A stretch of DNA of 63,937 nt, counting the filler, from Octopus bimaculoides (Eukaryota), in NCBI RefSeq assembly GCF_001194135.2. It is 5 parts of 5 records of this genome, joined end to end, with 100 filler letters (N's around TTAATTAATTAA, not from the genome) between each part and the next. Parts side by side here need not be neighbours in the genome. Positions count along the whole stretch, not along the records: positions 25,294 to 56,873 come from NC_068981.1; 4 more parts are not named here. The stretch is one strand, 5' to 3'. The position numbers and the translations under genes are program-made. A model generated the notes under the pieces. That model saw only the letters and a program-made list of their open reading frames with translations, was not told the DNA's origin and searched no databases. Positions 34,707-47,320 of the stretch are shown one piece after another. Position 1 is the first letter of the stretch, and each line of letters starts with the position of its first letter.

Positions 34707-36764
34707 ATAGAAAGGACAACAAATATATATATGTTTTTAAATTTAGATTCGTATATCTGTGTGTGTGCGCGTGCGAGTGTATGTATATATATATATGTGT
34801 GTATATATACATGTGTGCATATATGTGTATGTGAGGCTATATACGTATATGTGTATATATGCGAGTATGTATGTATGTATGTACGTAAGGAAGGGTGGAT
34901 GGGTGGTTGGATGGTTGGATGGATGGATACTTAATATATTTGTGAATGGAATTGTTAGGAGAGAAACGAAAAGCTGCCGGTCTTACCAGTGACATGCAAA
35001 ACTACTCACATCCACATCATAGGCAGAGTATAATATCGCTCGACTTGCTAAAAACAGCAGCCAAATCTCTCAAATCACACCCTTGCGTCTGAGAAAAGTG
35101 GTTTTGAGTGTACTGTAATTGTGAATATGAGAGAATTGTCACGACCGGGATGTACTTAATCATGGGTCTACTCCATTAGAGAAAACCAAGGGCTAAAGAA
35201 TAACAACGAAAACATCAACAATGATCACAATTTTAAAAATCGTTAAACCATTTCTACCGCCATCGTCATCATAGTATCAACTCCCCCCATCTTACCATCA
35301 CCCTCACTAAGATATTACCTTCCCCGCTGCCATCGTCATTATAAAAGCCATCTACCCCATTTTACTATCACCGCCACTACCATGTTACTATGTTACCATC
35401 CACAACACCATCGCCATTTGTAAGGCCACCTACCACCCCGCCATACCGCCACCACCGCAATACCATCGGCGTCGCATTTACTAACGCAATCTCGCAAATT
35501 TTCACCCTCTCTTACACTAACATACCACCACCACCACCACCACCACCACCATTATCATCATCATCATCATCATCATATCACTGATATCGTTAACGTCATC
35601 ATATTTTTAATTCCTTCAACCATACCACCAACACGATCGACCACGTGCACAATACCATCGTGAGTTTCACTGGAGTCATTCAACCGCCATGTCATTAATC
35701 ATACCATTAACCATTAACCATATCACTAGCTATATCACTAACTATATAGCCAAACCATACCACTAGCTATATACCATCTACATGCAATACTACCAAACAC
35801 ACCACGATATCACGAGCTTATTATACTAGCTATAACTAAGCACACGATAGCCATGCCATCAACCATTGATAACTCATGGCAAGGAGTATTGTAAACATCA
35901 CCACAAGGAGAAGAAGGGGAGAAAGAGCAGAAAGAGAGGGGGAAGAGAGGGACAGATAGATAGAGAGAGATATAGAACGGGAGGGAAGGACGAAGGGTAA
36001 ATTGATAGATAGAGGGGTGAAGTGTGTTAGGAATTGAAGAAAACATAGAGAGAGAAAAGGGTGGAGTGAGAAATGTGCAGAGAGATTGAGAGGTGGGTGG
36101 ACGGAAAGGAGAAAGATAAAGAGTGGTAGGGAAGAGAAAAACAGAGGAGGAAAGTATATGGAAAGAACGATAGAGTGAGAGAGAAAGAGAGTGTATTTGC
36201 GTGCGTGTGATAAAGGGAAAAAAGATGGAGCGAGAGAGGCAGAGAAAATAGTATGGAGAGAATGATAGAGAGTGGTGGTGAGAGGAATAAAGAGATCGAT
36301 GGGAAAGAGGTAGATGGGGATAGAGTGATAGAATAAAGGGAGATAGAGCTTGATTAGAAAGAGAGAACGAAAAACATAGAGAGAGAAAGAGAGAATATTT
36401 TGAGATGAAGAGAAAGAGTGTGTGTGAGAGAGAAAATAAGCTATAAGCCTCATATCAACACTTGTGTTCTTTTGTTTTATCGTTGTCGTAAGGTTAGCCT
36501 GATTTTCCTGTTCTTGTGGCGAATAAATAAGGAAATCACCTTTATTGTTATTTATTCTTGTAACGTTCTTTTGCCCCTGTGGCAAAATCAATCTTTTCAG
36601 TATTCTTTCAGTACTATCGTTATCACAATTTTACTTCCACTCGCACACTGAGTGATTGGTTTGTACATACATACATACATACATACATACATACATACAT
36701 ACATACATACATACATACATAAACACATATATGTATATATATGTGTTTATGTATATATATACAT

Positions 36765-36803
<39 letters not shown>

Positions 36804-37078
36804 TAGATATATATAGATATACATATNNNNNNNNNNNNNNNNNNNNNNNNNNNNNNNNNNNNNNNNNNNNNNNNNNNNNNNNNNNNNNNNNNNNNNNNNN
36901 NNNNNNNNNNNNNNNNNNNNNNNNNNNNNNNNNNNNNNNNNNNNNNNNNNNNNNNNNNNNNNNNNNNNNNNNNNNNNNNNNNNNNNNNNNNNNNNNNNNN
37001 NNNNNNNNNNNNNNNNNNNNNNNNNNNNNNNNNNNNNNNNNNNNATATATATAGATATATATATAGAGATATATATAT

Positions 37079-37115
<37 letters not shown>

Positions 37116-37246
37116 AATATATAGATATAGATATATATCTATATTTTTGTATGTATGTATGTATGTTTGTATAGCATATTGTTACTGTCTCTCACTCTTT
37201 CCCTCTTTCTCTCGTCCCCACCACCATCATCTACAACCTCTATCAT

Positions 37247-37292
<46 letters not shown>

Positions 37293-37744
37293 GCATATAT
37301 TCACACGTACATACGTATATATACATCCATCCATACATACAGACGTACACGCATATGCATATATTCACACGTACATATGTATGCATACATACATATACAC
37401 ATACATACATACACACACACACATACATACATACATACATACATACATACATACATACATACATACATACATACATACACACGCACACGCATAGCGGATA
37501 CTGCTGATACCGCTGGTCCAGCACCTGCTGCTGTTGTTTCCACACATCAAAAACAAAACCAAGCTACAATCATTTACTTCAAACAATCTAGTATTTTGGA
37601 GGTGGTTTCTCGAGAAAGAAGTTCAAACTTATTGTTTCTATTAATATTATTTAACATCTCTTTCTTTCTCTCTCTCTTTTCTCCACCACCCCTCCTCTTC
37701 CCCCCCCCTCTCTCTCTCTCTGTCTATCTATCTATCGATCTATC

Positions 37745-37780
<36 letters not shown>

Positions 37781-39191
37781 TATATATGTATGTATGTATG
37801 TATTATTAAACACTTCTTATGATCGTCTCAATCTAAAGTTGAAATGATTATGAGAAATCTTAATGTGTGTGTTTGTGTATATCTGAATAGTATGTATGTA
37901 TGTATGTATGTATGTATGTATGTATGTATGTATGTNNNNNNNNNNNNNNNNNNNNNNNNNNNNNNNNNNNNNNNNNNNNNNNNNNNNNNNNNNNNNNNNN
38001 NNNNNNNNNNNNNNNNNNNNNNNNNNNNNNNNNNNNNNNNNNNNNNNNNNNNNNNNNNNNNNNNNNNNNNNNNNNNNNNNNNNNNNNNNNNNNNNNNNNN
38101 NNNNNNNNNNNNNNNNNNNNNNNNNNNNNNNNNNNNNNNNNNNNNNNNNNNNNNNNNNNNNNNNNNNNNNNNNNNNNNNNNNNNNNNNNNNNNNNNNNNN
38201 NNNNNNNNNNNNNNNNNNNNNNNNNNNNNNNNNNNNNNNNNNNNNNNNNNNNNNNNNNNNNNNNNNNNNNNNNNNNNNNNNNNNNNNNNNNNNNNNNNNN
38301 NNNNNNNNNNNNNNNNNNNNNNNNNNNNNNNNNNNNNNNNNNNNNNNNNNNNNNNNNNNNNNNNNNNNNNNNNNNNNNNNNNNNNNNNNNNNNNNNNNNN
38401 NNNNNNNNNNNNNNNNNNNNNNNNNNNNNNNNNNNNNNNNNNNNNNNNNNNNNNNNNNNNNNNNNNNNNNNNNNNNNNNNNNNNNNNNNNNNNNNNNNNN
38501 NNNNNNNNNNNNNNNNNNNNNNNNNNNNNNNNNNNNNNNNNNNNNNNNNNNNNNNNNNNNNNNNNNNNNNNNNNNNNNNNNNNNNNNNNNNNNNNNNNNN
38601 NNNNNNNNNNNNNNNNNNNNNNNNNNNNNNNNNNNNNNNNNNNNNNNNNNNNNNNNNNNNNNNNNNNNNNNNNNNNNNNNNNNNNNNNNNNNNNNNNNNN
38701 NNNNNNNNNNNNNNNNNNNNNNNNNNNNNNNNNNNNNNNNNNNNNNNNNNNNNNNNNNNNNNNNNNNNNNNNNNNNNNNNNNNNNNNNNNNNNNNNNNNN
38801 NNNNNNNNNNNNNNNNNNNNNNNNNNNNNNNNNNNNNNNNNNNNTATATATATATATGTAGGTATGTATGAGTGTAGTGTGTATATATATATATGTATGT
38901 ATATATATATATGTATATATATGAGTATTGTGTGCGCGCGCATACACTGAGAAACTGAGATAAAGGAAACAGTTGAACTTTTTTCATTTAAACTTAGTTT
39001 ACTTCCTAAAATATAATTCAGGTTCTTTTCATTGACATTTTAAAGAAATCGTAAGGCTCATCATACACACTACAAAGTTTGAGAGAAGCTTTCTCTCCTG
39101 CATATAAAAAAGAAACAAGATAAATTCCTTTACTAGTTGAACAAGCCGACAAGACGAAAATTGTACTCCCAGTCAACTTGATCCTCAGCAC

Positions 39192-39250
<59 letters not shown>

Positions 39251-39277
39251 CATCCATCCATCTAGATAGATAGATAT

Positions 39278-39309
<32 letters not shown>

Positions 39310-39586
39310 GTAGTGACCCAGCTAGCTAGCTAGATATTTGTACATATGTATAACTGTTGTTTGTACCCTTTCAGTTACATTGTGTGCGTACATTTTGTGT
39401 GTATTGGTATGAAAGCGCCAAACAACCGGTGCAGCGAATTCACGCCTATAGTATTGTGTATGGTTGACCTTGATCATCAGTTTACTAATAGCCATATAAC
39501 ACCAGGTCACTTAGTCAGCCATCAGTCGACATTTACAAGCGTGAACGTATGTTTTGTGCACTTTGGAATTGGTCGCATGATGAACA

Positions 39587-39900
39587 ATGAAAGATTTGCA
39601 AGAACAACGTGTTTGTATGAAACCCTATTTCAAATTGGAGACCAAAGCGGAGACTTCTTTCATGTTGCGACAAGCTTATGGGGGAAGACTTTGAGCTGTA
39701 CACAATGTCATGAGTGATACTAACGTTTGAAATCGAAGAAACCATTCACCGACGGCAGTACTAAATCTGAACGATCTATCATGACAACTACTGCAATCAC
39801 CCTGCGAAATAATCTACGCTGATCCGCGAAATGGTCGCGTGACTGACATTCACCAAAGACGATCCCAATTCTGGACGATCTACCACGACAACTGCAATCA
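39587..39900 (+). mobile_element. Decayed mariner-type transposase N-terminus with an internal ~100-bp tandem duplication
   Basis: MKDLQEQRVCMKPYFKL...MLRQAYG/EDLSCTQCHE*Y*RLKS and DDPNSGRS match EQR.CIKFC.K.G...MLK.A.G...W.KRFK.GR....DD.RSGRP. Confidence 0.8.
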
Positions 39901-40559
39901 CACTGCGAAAGAACGTGCCCTGATCCGTGAAATAATTGCCTGACTGTCCGTTAAATTTACGAAGAAGCAGGCATCTGTAAAAGTTCGTTTCATATGGTTT
40001 AAAAAGAAAAATTGGAAAAAAAGAAAAAAACACAGTGTTGCGGCAAAATTGTGTCGCGTTTAGTAACGGACGGACAAAAATAGAACCGAACTGGAGTCAG
40101 TCAAGAACTGTTTGATCGCTCGAATATTGATGAAAACTTTCTGACGTGTGTCACTTCATTGCCGTCTATCCAAAATGTCGTCAATCCCAAACGTCGCCGT
40201 TGTGTGTTGCAACACTGCTACTCCTCCATCATCATTAACCACCACCACACACACACCATCACCACCAAACACACACACACACACATACACACAGGCGCAA
40301 AACATCTCGGAGTCGCTGCTGAAACGCCGTGACATTGGTTGTCGATTTTAAATGTAAAGATATCATTCATGAGTTGTTTTCACGTGATCATACGATCAAT
40401 AAAGAGTTTTATTGGATATCCTCAGACGTTTGAGAGGCCTGAAGCAAGGACAAACATAACCTACATACTGTATCTACTCACATTTAAGATTTTTAGGCAA
40501 AATACGAGAAGAATTTCGACTCTTCTTCCGAAAACTGCTCTATTTTTCGGATTTGGCTT

Positions 40560-40718
40560 AACAGGAATGAAATCGACCCCACTACTTTTATTTATTTTCT
40601 TTAAAGCCTGGTACTTATTTTATCAAACCGCTAAGTTACGGAGACGTAAACAAAGCAGCACTGGTCGTCAGGTGGTGGTCGGGCACAAACACAAACAGAA
40701 AGACACTCACACACACAC

Positions 40719-40753
<35 letters not shown>

Positions 40754-40919
40754 TACGACGATCTTCTTTCAGTTTCGGTCTACCAAATCCACTTACAAGG
40801 CTTTAGTTGGCCTGAGGCTATAGAACATGACACCTGCGCAAGGTGATACGCAGTGGAACTGAACCCCGAACCATGCAGCTGGAAGGGAACCTCCTTTCCA
40901 CACAGCCACTTCTGCGCCT
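40560..40919 (-). mobile_element. Composite SINE (family C head + (CA)n + tail D), diverged
   Basis: Same module order as 44305-44750. Confidence 0.7.
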
Positions 40920-41544
40920 TGGAGAAGAAGCTTCGCGCGCGCGAGCGTCCTCTTGCATACATGTATATATACGTACATATATGCAGATGCAGGTATATAT
41001 GTACACACATAAGCACACTCATATATTGCTGGTACTGACCACTGTACCGAAGTTTGTTGTATTAACTCTGACGTTTCGTTTCTCAAGATCTTCCCGACAA
41101 CACAATCTATATACACTTCCCTTCATATATACACTCTGAACACTTCCTTTCACATAAAGGCACTCTCTATGGCAGCGGTAGTAATGTTGGTGCCTATGGT
41201 GATGGCGTTTACAAATCCATCGTGATCGAATGGGTCAGCGTTTGATCAAAGACGTCGCAATCATGACTATCCTCTCTTTTATTCAGAACGACATTGTCCA
41301 CTATGATTCAATCTTTTAAAGTTGAAGAGCGCTGTTTGAAGAAGATCTGGCTGCTATATCTAGCTCTTTGGACGACCATCCACTGGCTTCCTAACTTGCT
41401 TATTGGTTTGTTCTTGTATATCTCCAAGTTAGCCTTGACTGAGTAGTCCTATGACGCTCAGGTTGCAGGTTGACGAGGCACTTCCCACCGATCCAGCTTC
41501 CCGTTTCGCCATTTGAATGATAGCCACACTTATATTCTAACATA

Positions 41545-41931
41545 TGTGAAGGTGCAATAGCCCAGTGGTTAGGGCAGCGGACTTGCGGTCATAGGATCGC
41601 GGTTTCGATTCCCAGACCGGGCGTTGTGAGTGTTTATTGAGCGAAAACACCTAAAAGCTCCACGAGGCTCCGGCAGAGGGTGGTGGCGAACCCTGCTGTA
41701 CTCTTTCACCACAACTTTCTCTCACTCTTACTTCCTGTTTCTGTTGTGCCTGTAATTCAAAGGGTCAGCCTTGTCACGCTGTGTAACGCTGAATATCCCC
41801 GAGAACTACGTTAAGGGTACACGTGTCTGTGGAGTGCTCAGCCACTTGCACGTTAATTTCACGAGCAGGCTGTTCCGTTGATCGGATGAACTGGAACCCT
41901 TGCCGTCGTAAGCGACGGAGTGCCAACAACA
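41545..41931 (+). mobile_element. SINE family A, full length, with 11-bp TSD
   Basis: ATTCTAACATA at 41534-41544 and 41932-41942; A/B boxes; (AAC)n tail. Confidence 0.93.
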
Positions 41932-42382
41932 ATTCTAACATACAATGGATGAAATGTATGAGGTGCAGTGCAATATTCAGCAGACATTGTACTTTCTAAA
42001 CCAGGGTTTATCTTTGAACATATTTGTTCCAGTCATTGAACTGCAGCCATGCTGGGCCACAATCTTGAAGGGATTTAGCCGAACAAATCGACCCCGGTAC
42101 TTATTTATTAGAGTATGGTATTTATTCTGTTAATCTCTCTTGTGGAACTGCTAAGTCATAGTGATGTAAACTAACCAGCATCAGTTGTTAAGCGGTGGCG
42201 GGGACAGACACAACGGCCCAAGGTTCTGTGCAGTGACAGTGTACTCGAAACCATCTTCATAGCCATACAGCCATGTCTCTCAAACTTTTTTTAAACTCAA
42301 ACCCCTTTTTTTTAATTAACACTTTTCTACCCCACCCCTTTTCTCTTGCTACAGTTCAATAATATTAAATACACCACATAAA

Positions 42383-42600
42383 GCGGCGACTTGGCAGAAA
42401 CGTTAGCACACCGGGCGAATTGCTTAGCGGCGTTTCGTCCGTCTGTATGTTCTGAGTTCAAATTAAGCCAAAAGTCGACTTTACCTTTCGTTGTTTCGGG
42501 GGTCAATAAAATAAGCACGAGTTGAGCACTGGTGTCGATGTAATCTGCTTACTCCTTCCCCTCAACTTGCTGTCCTTGTGCCAAAATTTGAAATCAATAT
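42383..42600 (+). mobile_element. SINE family B
   Basis: ggcgacttggcagaaacgttagcacaccgggcgaa...ttctgagttcaaatt...gtcgactttacctttc. Confidence 0.8.
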
Positions 42601-42724
42601 TAAATACACCACAAAAAACTGCTGCCAACATGTTGATCACATTTAAAAGATTATTTACACATAAGTCATTTCATCAATATAATATGGAGTATCAAAAATA
42701 ATATTTTGTCCCTATATATCGATT

Positions 42725-42905
42725 TCAAAATTTGGCACAAAGCCAGAAATTTCGCAGGAGGGGATAAGTCGATAACAGTGTTCAACTGGTATTTATTTTA
42801 TCGTCCCCGAAAAGATGAAAGGAAAAGTCGACCTCAGTGAAATTTGAACTCAGAACGTAAAAACAGACGAAACGCCGCTAAGCATTTTATCCGGCGTGCT
42901 TAAGA
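42725..42905 (-). mobile_element. SINE family B, inverted relative to the 42383 copy
   Basis: gaaaagatgaaaggaaaagtcgacctcagtgaaatttgaactcagaacgtaa. Confidence 0.8.
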
Positions 42906-43914
42906 TTTTACTACCTCACTATCTATTTCGATATACCCTTTAGATTCTGGTGATGACCAAAATGGAGATGGGCAAAGTAAACTCAGACAGAATAGAAGAG
43001 TTGTTGTTCTGTTAGTGACGTACATCCAAGCATAGTGTTTGAGACCCGTACAGCTATTGATGTTTCAATTATTTTAGTGTGTTCGTAGTGTTCCTTATGT
43101 TTGTTTAAGCTTCAGTGGTAGAAAAAAAGTATCTTTTAGGATATTGTAGTAGTGTTTTAGAGTGTTGCTGCAGAAACAAACGATGTCTCTCTTACATGTG
43201 CAGGTGGCCCTTCATTTTTAGCATTATTGTTTCGTTGAGCAGGTGGTCCGTGGGTGTGGTCTGTGTACAACCTGTTATGATACGTAATGTCCTAACATGT
43301 TCTTTGTAGTTTATTGTGGAGAACTGGGGGCGCAAGCAGGGGCAGGACTGGCACAGCCCATGATTGAAATAATGTATTGTTTGTACAGCATTGTTGCAGT
43401 TTCTTTCTGGTGGCCAAATGTATTGTGATTGCTCTAAGTATCATTGTGCATTGTTTTGCTTTCTTTGCTATATACTCAATATGTGCTACAGAGGATTCGT
43501 GAGTAACGCCTCGTAATTATCTTCAGCATGTGTGGTATGTTTATGTTGTTGAATGTGAGGGTCGATCGTATTTGTTTTGTGCTAAGAGGAGACAGTGGAT
43601 CTGGTAGATGCTACGTTAAGTTTTGTCGTGGAGCCAAACTTTCTAGGTGACCTCCATAGGGTTGAAGTAGTTGCGGAGTAGTGTCTGCAGAATGGTGAGA
43701 GGACGTGAATGTGATGTCATCTATGTATAAAGCTGGTTGTATGTCGTGTGGAAGGGTGGTAAAGTTGAGTGGGTATAGCCTGCAAAAATAGATGGGAGAA
43801 CGGATACTCCATCCGGGAAATTGCAAGTTTTGAAAGTGTTCTAGTACACTACATATGCTTTGGCTGAACTGGCAAGTAGTTCATTTAGCATTTTCTTAAA
43901 GGGGTTTCTTTATC

Positions 43915-44290
43915 TTTTACTTGCTGTAGTCATCAGACTGTGGCCATGCTGGGGGGGGGGGCTGCCAAGAAGGATTTAGTCGTACAAATCAACCCCAGTA
44001 CTTGTTTTTACGTCTGGCACTTATTCCATCTGTCTTTTTTGACGAACTACCAATGCACGATGACATAAGCAAACTAACACCGGTTGTCAATCGGTGGTGC
44101 AGGACGAACACAAATACACACTTACGATGGGCTTCCATAGAGTTTCCGTCTACGAAATTCACTCACAAGGCATTGGTCGATCCAGGGCCATAGTAAAAGT
44201 CACTTGCCCAGAGTGCTGCGCAGTTAGATTGAGCCCGAAAACGTCTGGCTGCAAAGCGAGCTTCTTATCCACACAGCCATGCTTGCGTCT
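43915..44290 (-). mobile_element. Composite SINE (C + D), diverged
   Basis: Same modules as the adjacent younger copy. Confidence 0.7.
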
Positions 44291-44304
44291 GTAATTAAGC
44301 TCTA

Positions 44305-44526
44305 TTTTACTCTTTTACTTGTTTCAGTCATTTGACTGCGGCCATGCTGGAGCACCGCCTTTAGTCGAACAAATCGACCCCAGGACTTATTCTTTGGAAG
44401 CCTAGTACTTATTCTATCGGTCTCTTTTTGCCGAACCGCTAATGTCACGGGGACGTAAAAACATACCACCATCGGTTGTCAAGCGATGGTGGGGGGACAA
44501 ACACAGACACACAAACATACACACAC

Positions 44527-44581
<55 letters not shown>

Positions 44582-44750
44582 CATATATACGACGGGCTTC
44601 TTTCAGTTTCTGTCTACCAAATCCACTCACAAGGCTTTGGTCGGCCCGAGGCTACAGTAGAAGACACTTGCCCAAGGTGCCACGCAGTGGGACTGAACCC
44701 AGAACCATGTGGTTTGGTAAGCAAGCTACTTACCACACAGTCACTCTTGC
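44305..44750 (-). mobile_element. Composite SINE (C head/CORE-like + internal (TA)n(TG)n + tail D), well preserved
   Basis: Continuous element: ggttcagtcccactgcgtggcaccttgggcaag...gaaagaagcccgtcg, then microsatellite, then gtaacttagcgg-like tail, ccagcatggccgcagtcaaatgactgaaacaagtaaaagag. Confidence 0.85.
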
Positions 44751-45756
44751 TGTATATTTTTGCTTGCATTTTTTTTTTGCACATGAATGGATAGCAAGAT
44801 ACGGAGTCAAAAGTTTTACTAGTGTTGATGGTAGTTAGAATGGTAGACATGGGAAGTTTTGATGGTAATGAAGCCATCATGCATTTCTGTGTTGGGTTTG
44901 TGAGTAGTGTGTTTGCGTGTGAGTGTAAATGGTCTGAATATGTGCTGCAGTTTAGAAAGGCGGGTGCATGAGGTTATGGATGTCAGGAATAACCCTTTCT
45001 AGAATTTCGGGGGCGTGAATTGGTGATGATAGGTCTATATTGTATTGGTGGGAGTGGTGATGGTGGTGGTATAGGGACAACAGTAGTGATGGTGGTACTA
45101 ATGATGGTGGTATGAGGGTGGAGCTGGTGTTGGTGTTGTTGGTGGTGGTGTTGTTGGTGACGGTGATGGTAATAGTAGTAGTAGTGGTGGTCGTGGTCGT
45201 GGTAGTATAGTGATAACAGAAGTGGTAGTGGTGATAGTGGTGGTAGTGGCGATAGTGGTTAAAGCTGTCGTTGTATGAGTGGTGATAGTGGTGGCAGTAG
45301 TACAGNNNNNNNNNNNNNNNNNNNNNNNNNNNNNNNNNNNNNNNNNNNNNNNNNNNNNNNNNNNNNNNNNNNNNNNNNNNNNNNNNNNNNNNNNNNNNNN
45401 NNNNNNNNNNNNNNNNNNNNNNNNNNNNNNNNNNNNNNNNNNNNNNNNNNNNNNNNNNNNNNNNNNNNNNNNNNNNNNNNNNNNNNNNNNNNNNNNNNNN
45501 NNNNNNNNNNNNNNNNNNNNNNNNNNNNNNNNNNNNNNNNNNNNNNNNNNNNNNNNNNNNNNNNNNNNNNNNNNNNNNNNNNNNNNNNNNNNNNNNNNNN
45601 NNNNNNNNNNNNNNNNNNNNNNNNNNNNNNNNNNNNNNNNNNNNNNNNNNNNNNNNNNNNNNNNNNNNNNNNNNNNNNNNNNNNNNNNNNNNNNNNNNNN
45701 NNNNNNNNNNNNNNNNNNNNNNNNNNNNNNNNNNNNNNNNNNNNNNNNNNNNNNNN

Positions 45757-45796
<40 letters not shown>

Positions 45797-45803
45797 CACA
45801 TAC

Positions 45804-45843
<40 letters not shown>

Positions 45844-46058
45844 TTAATAATAATAATATGCAATTAGGGTGAAGTACTTGCAGAAAAGAGCATTGCTTGG
45901 AACCGCTCGAATACTCCGAAAGGTGCTCGAAAAATAAGAGGTGTTACCTTAGTTCAGTAGTAGTGAACAGCTGACACCGTAGTACATCTCCAGCGTTAGA
46001 AGCTCTGCAAAGGCAATAAATAATAATAATAATGATAATAATAATAATAATAATAATA

Positions 46059-46117
<59 letters not shown>

Positions 46118-46561
46118 GATCCCCTTCTTTGAATGTTGTTTCCGTTTCTTGACGAGAGTTTTCTCGATACCTAGGGCAAAGAAACTCACTGTATACTTTG
46201 GTAGGCCTTAAAAATAAACACACCAGATTGTTCATTTAGAAAGACATGTGGGAGGGAAAAAAACGGGAAAGAAAGAAAGAAAAAGGAAAGAAGAGAAAAA
46301 AATGGATAAAGATAAAATAAGGGGGCGGGGGAGGGAAAGAAAATTCATAGCAACAATGTTCTTCTCAATACGTGCGATGTATCAGTTAAAACAATCTTTT
46401 ACACTTCCTGCACTGATGGTAAGCCAGGGATCAGTCTCAAATAACTTTTTTTTTATCATTCCTAGTGCTCCTACAATCAACTGATATTGTAACTGTCTTG
46501 AGAAGCCACATTTTTTTTTCGATTCCAATCAGCAAATCTTTATATTTTCTGAGCTTTATTA

Positions 46562-46780
46562 TTGGCGAGCCGGCAGAATCGTTAAGCGCGCTAGACGAAA
46601 TGCTTAGCACATATTTCAGCCGTCGCTACGTTATGAGTTCAAATTCCGCCGAGGTCGTCTTTGCCTTTCATCCTTTCGGGACCGATAAATTAAAGTACCA
46701 TTGAAACACTGGGGTCGATGTAATCGACTTAACCCCCTCCCCCAAGGTGCGTTTGTGGCAAAAATCTGAAACCATTATTA
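46562..46780 (+). mobile_element. SINE family B
   Basis: ggcgagccggcagaatcgttaagc...gagttcaaattccgccgaggtcg...cctttcatcctttcggg...ggggtcgatgtaatcgac. Confidence 0.85.
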
Positions 46781-46815
46781 TTATTATCATCATCAGCAGC
46801 ATTATTATTATTATT

Positions 46816-47067
46816 GAGTGCATGCCATCAAAGTGACACTGGGGTAAAATATACGAAGTTCATTATACCCATCATGACTACCCGTCTGATAAGGGTACAC
46901 CAGGCACATGCGTCACAACCATATGTGTATGGCGTGGTGATCTCATATCAAGATAAACAGTGCATGACCTCGCAGGTGGGGGCCCAGTTGGAATTTTCTT
47001 CAGGTCGAGTAGCCCATCCCGCTCAAAAGGTCCCTGAATAAGGTTTGTTTAAAGATGTTGAGCAAAA

Positions 47068-47068
<1 letters not shown>
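46816..47068 (-). mobile_element. Second copy of the (AAT)n-embedded element
   Basis: Reverse complement of 12326-12592, flanked by (ATT)n on both sides. Confidence 0.8.
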
Positions 47069-47116
<48 letters not shown>

Positions 47117-47164
47117 TAAAACAATCTGATTTAGCCCCATACAACTTAAAATCTAGCTCGTCAG

Positions 47165-47320
47165 CCCTAGTTTTCCATCTGCTAGATATACTCACAAGGG
47201 ACTGGTCGGCGCGGTGTTATAGTAGAAGACACTTGTCCCTATATGCCACGCAGTAGGACTGAACTCGAAACCACGTGATTGGGAAGTAAACTTATTACAC
47301 AGCTATACTTGCGCCTACAA
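47165..47320 (-). mobile_element. SINE family C, diverged
   Basis: atagtagaagacacttgtcc...tgccacgcagtaggactgaactcgaaaccacgtg. Confidence 0.7.

Larger units (their letters stand above)
43100..45045 (-). mobile_element. Decayed I/Jockey-like LINE RT region with nested SINEs
   Basis: Collinear remnants: QYRPI..EILERVIPDI (~45040), INTSKTFDSV (~44810), SPIYF...LYIDDITFTSSH (43800-43700), LRIITGCTQTTPTDHLLNET (~43280). Confidence 0.78.

Noticed and set aside
41545-41625. tRNA-like sequences with A and B boxes (also at 2601, 22021, 25687, 30337, 57958)
   Set aside because: They are SINE heads: no complete cloverleaf, and each continues into a shared SINE body.
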